Below are positions 1 through 64,000 of a stretch of DNA of 64,000 nt, piece by piece (position 1 is the first letter of the stretch; the number at the start of each line of letters is the position of its first letter). The translations under genes and the position numbers were made by a program. This stretch comes from Octopus sinensis. Its lineage: Eukaryota. The DNA is taken from positions 30,132,001 to 30,196,000 of the forward strand of contig NC_043016.1 in NCBI RefSeq assembly GCF_006345805.1, written 5' to 3'. The notes under the pieces are model-generated. The model saw only the letters and a program-made list of their open reading frames with translations. It did no database searches and was not told where the DNA came from.

Positions 1-299
1 TTATATTTTTTTATTATTATTCTTTTATCTTATGTTTCATATCTGTTAGTCTTAGTTTTTTTTTTTTTATTTGTTCATGCAAAAATATACTTTTTTTATT
101 GTTTTATTTGTTTCTGTTATTGGACTGTGACCATGCTGGAGCACTGCTTTGAATTGACTCCAGTATGTATGTTTTTTGTTTTTTAAGTCTTGTTCTTATT
201 GTAGTGGTTTTTTTTTTTTGCTGAACTGCCTAATTATAGGGATGTAAACAAACTGACACTGATTGTCAAGCAGTGAAGAGACAAATATAAAAATGCACA

Positions 300-301
300 C
301 A

Positions 302-336
<35 letters not shown>

Positions 337-520
337 ATCCATACATATATATATTTATACCTGTATGTATGTATGTACGTATATATGCATGTATGTATGT
401 GCGTGTGTGTGTATATGTTTGTATGTATGTATGTGTGTGTATGTGTATGTATGTATGTATGTATGTATGTATGTATGTATGTATGTATGTATGTATGTAT
501 GTATGTATGTATGTGCAGAT
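300..520. repeat. (CA)n / (TATG)n microsatellites
   Basis: Direct reading. Confidence 0.95.
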
Positions 521-599
521 TTGTATGTTTTGCTTTATGTATGTATTCCCATACATATTGTTGCATATCTAGACATGCTCATATATACTTAAATGATAA

Positions 600-840
600 T
601 CTTCTGGAAAGTTTTACAGATTTTTGTACATTTCCAGTAATGGATTGGATCTGCAGTCTTTTAATTAGCTTTCTCCTTTCTGGTTTTGAGAAGTCTAATT
701 TCTCAATATTGATATTTAGGCAATGTGTTACATATACCAGAATCCCAATAATTACTGGTACAAATCTGAACTTGTAATCTGGATAGAGTAACTGAAGATT
801 TCTCAATAGTTCAGCATAGGTGATCTCTTTTTCCTTAATG
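600..840 (-). mobile_element. 3' fragment of an RLE-type (restriction-like endonuclease) non-LTR retrotransposon
   Basis: KEKEITYAELLRNLQLLYPDYKFRFVPVIIG-like C-terminus typical of RLE clades. Confidence 0.6.
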
Positions 841-1074
841 TATTTATGTATGACAGGCTTCTACAGAGTCTCCATTTTCCAAAACCACTCTCAAGGTATT
901 GGTAGGCCTAGGGCTATAGTATAGTAAACACTTGACCAGTGTACATTGCAGTGGGACTAAGCCTGGAAATGAATGGTTGCCCAGAAAACTTCTTTACCAC
1001 TCAGCCATGCAATAGATATTTTTCTAATAACCCATTTGTTGCAGAAGATCTTACGACCAACAAAGCCATAATCA

Positions 1075-1685
1075 CCTTCACCACCACAACCAACACCACC
1101 AACACCACCACAACCACCATCATCATCACCACAACCTACACCACCACCACAACCACCACCACAACCACAACCACCACCACAACCAACACCACCACCACAA
1201 CCACAACCACTACCACCACCACCACCACCACAACCACCACCACCAGCACCACAACCACAACCACTACCACCACCACAACCACAACCAACACCACCACCAC
1301 AACCACAACCACTACCACCACCACAACCAAAACCACAACCACAACACCACCACAACCAACACCACCACCACAACCACAACCACCACCACAACCAACACCA
1401 CCACCACAACCACAACCACCACCACCACCACCACCACCACAACCACCACCACCACCACAACCACAACCACTACCACCACCACAACCAACACCACAACCAC
1501 AAACACCTCGACCACCACCACAACCATCACAACCACAACCACCACCACCACCACAACCACCACAACTACCTCCACCACAACTACCACCACCACCACCACA
1601 ACCACCATAACTACAACCAACACCTCTACTGCAACCACCACCACCAACACCACCACCACAGCTACTGCCACAACCACTTTCATCA
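1075..1685. repeat. Compound (ACC/ACA)n trinucleotide repeat
   Basis: Source of poly-T/P/W/V pseudo-ORFs. Confidence 0.95.
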
Positions 1686-2052
1686 CCATCATTATTATCA
1701 TCTCTATTTTAAGGTATATCATTTTCTTGTTGGATTAATTAGGACATGTTTCTATCATGTCATATTACAAATCATTTTGATGCATTTCATCTGTGAATCC
1801 TAACATCCAAGGTTCAAACCTCAGGTCTTTCTTAAATGATCACATTCAAAGCAGTATGTCTATTGAACTCAATAACAATTTTTTTTTTCACTAATGACAA
1901 CAATAATAGCAACTCAGCTTTGATAGACTCAATACTATTGAGGAATGGAAAGAAATTCCAGAAGAAAATTATCAGTTGCTTTACCACTTTTGTTTCATTA
2001 TTGCTTATATGTCAAAGAATATTGACTCTTAGTACTTACACACACACACACA

Positions 2053-2093
<41 letters not shown>

Positions 2094-2821
2094 ATACACA
2101 CACACACACACTCTCACACATGCTCTCTCTCTTTCTCATACATACACACACTCTCACACATACATACACACATGCTCTCTCTCTTTCTCTCTCACGCACA
2201 CTCTCACACATACACATATATATACAAACACACTTTCACACATACACACATACACTTTCTCTCATAAACACACACACACACACACACACACTTTCTCTCT
2301 CTCTCTATCTCTCACTCTCTAACACACATACATACTATGCATCTATTGAAATGATAGACAAAGTCTTTACTAATCACAAGGTTTCTGCATCTTTTATAAT
2401 GGAATAGTAAATGGGCTGTTGTAGCATTCATGCCTTTATCGAAAGGTAAACATAAGCTGGTTTGAAAGTGAAAATCAAAGCTTTCTCTGAGGCACACCTC
2501 AGTATTATAAACAACAAAACAAGGAATTATCTACCTTATAGTAATTATAATCATGATTATAATTTGGTAAGTGCCAAAGCACGAAACTTCCTACCTTCGA
2601 GTCATTTTGTAACTTGTGCCAGTTAACGAATAATTCTTTTTTAATTTTAGCACAAGGCCAGCAGTTCTGGAGGTAGTTGGAAGTCAATGGACGTTGAACC
2701 CAGTGTTGACTGATACTTACTTTATCAATCCCAAAAAGGATGGAAAGTAAAGTTGACCTTGGTGGCATTTAATCTCAGGGCATTAAAACACAGAAGAAAC
2801 TGCCACTTCACATTCTGTTCA

Positions 2822-2822
2822 G

Positions 2823-2862
<40 letters not shown>

Positions 2863-3135
2863 GTCGTCATCATCATCATCGTCATCATCATCATCGTCAT
2901 CATCATCATCATCATCATTATCATCATCATCATCATTATCGTTATCATTGTCATCATCGTCATCATCATCCTCGTCATCATCATCATCATTGTCATCATT
3001 ATCGTCATCTTCGTCATCATCGTCATCATCGTCATCATCGTCATCATCATCATCATTGTCATCATCTTCATCATCATAATTATCATCATCATTGTCATCG
3101 TCATCATCATCATCATCAACATCATCATCATCATG
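2822..3135. repeat. (TCA/TCG)n trinucleotide repeat
   Basis: Source of poly-D/S/M pseudo-ORFs. Confidence 0.95.
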
Positions 3136-3211
3136 ATGTTTAAAGTTCTCTTTCCATGTTGGCGTGGGTTGGACAGTTTGATAGGAGCTAGCCAGGCAGA
3201 AGCCTGCACCA

Positions 3212-3290
3212 TACTTCTGTGTCTGTTTTGGCCTCAGGGTACATATATAAGGGTACTTCTGTGTCTGTTTTGGCATAAGGGTACATATAT
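3212..3290. repeat. 42-bp tandem duplication just 3' of the rGC stop codon
   Basis: tacttctgtgtctgttttggc...agggtacatata starts at 3212 and 3254. Confidence 0.85.
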
Positions 3291-3400
3291 TCCCGATTTG
3301 AGTTCTATTTCCATGTTTGCATCAGAAAATCTACTTCATAATTACTTCATTTAAGCTAATTAATCATCTTATACATAGAAATTATGAATATGTCATTTAC

Positions 3401-63093
<59,693 letters not shown>

Positions 63094-63813
63094 CTGTAAA
63101 AGAAAAAAAAAATTGAACATAGAAAAATTTTTTTTTTTTTTAACTCTTTAGAACACAATATGTTACTCAAATGTAATGCTTTGCATTCTGAGTTTAAATT
63201 CCGCCAAGGTTGGCTTTGCCTTTCATCCTCTTGAGATCGATAAAATAAGCACCAGTTGAGTACAGGGGTTGGTGTAACCGACTCCCCCCCCCCAAAAAAA
63301 AAGTAGTGGCCTTATGCTAAAATTTGAAACCATTATTTTGAATTAATCATGTATTACTTTGTAGCTTTGAAATTTCAATGATGTGATTGCTTATTTTTAG
63401 AATGTCATTGTCGGGAAGTTATGAGGGGCTGGATCTAGCCAGATAAAGGTAGAATACTTGGGTTAGAAATGGCTGACTAAACGTTTTAGCATTCAGATTA
63501 CTCTGTCAAATTTAAAGTTTATCTTTTCACATTGGTTTGAATCAGTCATATACTATCTCGTAGCTTTGAGATTTTGATGATGGGATTATAAACTTTTAGA
63601 ATGTCATTGTAGGGTGGGTGTTGAGAGGATGCATCTGGTCAGTTTGAATATAAAACAGGTAGAATATTTATGTGGGATATGGCTGACTTAACCCATTAGC
63701 ATTTAAACTGGCCACATCCTCCAGTTTTCTGTTTAAATAGACCAGATTTTACCCCCTCTCCTCTCCCCCTCTCCTCTCCCCCTCCAATTTCTTCATTTTT
63801 TCACTTTTTTCTG

Positions 63814-63996
63814 TAACTCAAACCCTAACTCTAATCCTTACTCTAAAACCCCTAACCCTAACTCTAAAATCCTAAAACCCTAACCCAAACCCTAAAACCC
63901 TAACCCTAACCCTAACCCTAAAACCCTAACCCTAACCATAACTCTAAAACCCTAACCCTAACCCTAAAATCCTAACCCTAACCCTAAAACCCTAAA
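63814..63996. repeat. Degenerate telomere-type (CCCTAA)n tract with TAAAACCC variants
   Basis: Direct reading. Confidence 0.9.
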
Positions 63997-64000
63997 GTTA

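Noticed and set aside
957-1080. WLSGKEVF resembling the rGC WLNGKRGF, as a possible extra exon
   Set aside because: No acceptor site or further similarity; likely chance.
263-1722. Long ORFs (poly-T/P, poly-W/G, YVCM repeats), including a mucin-like 223-aa ORF
   Set aside because: Translations of microsatellites; no splice or domain context.
2560-2640. YKMTRR followed by gtagga, as a possible cyclase exon
   Set aside because: Wrong order (downstream of the last exon) and no acceptor; the true exon is 10057-10151.
2725-3276. Poly-Asp/Ser/Met ORFs
   Set aside because: (TCA)n microsatellite.
63814-64000. True telomere
   Set aside because: Degenerate, short, wrong orientation for a right end, and inside a gene.

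Overview
AT-rich, repeat-dense animal genomic DNA. The SINE/LINE families look like those of Octopus (inferred from pattern recognition, not a database search). Nearly the whole window is intronic sequence of one minus-strand receptor-type guanylyl cyclase gene. I could chain 10 exons (63093 to 3401) encoding the C-terminal kinase-homology domain, the coiled-coil hinge and a catalytically complete guanylyl cyclase domain. All have GT-AG ends and compatible phases, except for a 1-nt frameshift inside exon 53817-53965 that adding one base to a G6 run repairs. The extracellular/TM exons must lie beyond position 64000. The introns are filled with RTE and Dong/R4-type LINE fragments, three Penelope-like (GIY-YIG) elements, a Gypsy relic, a probable solo LTR, Tc1/mariner/hAT/piggyBac-type elements, several tRNA-derived SINE families, two 5S rRNA pseudogenes and many microsatellites. 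The most interesting unannotated signal is a set of hammerhead-ribozyme (HHR) motifs. They occur in a tRNA-headed SINE with an HHR-bearing tail (3 copies), in small fold-back elements carrying divergent HHRs (three lie 76-305 nt from coding exons), and in Penelope pseudo-LTRs. Also notable are two 5S rRNA-SINE head-to-tail chimeras and a strong sense-strand bias of one SINE family. Most ORFs in the supplied track are microsatellite artefacts. Repeat boundaries are read by eye and approximate unless a TSD/TIR is quoted.
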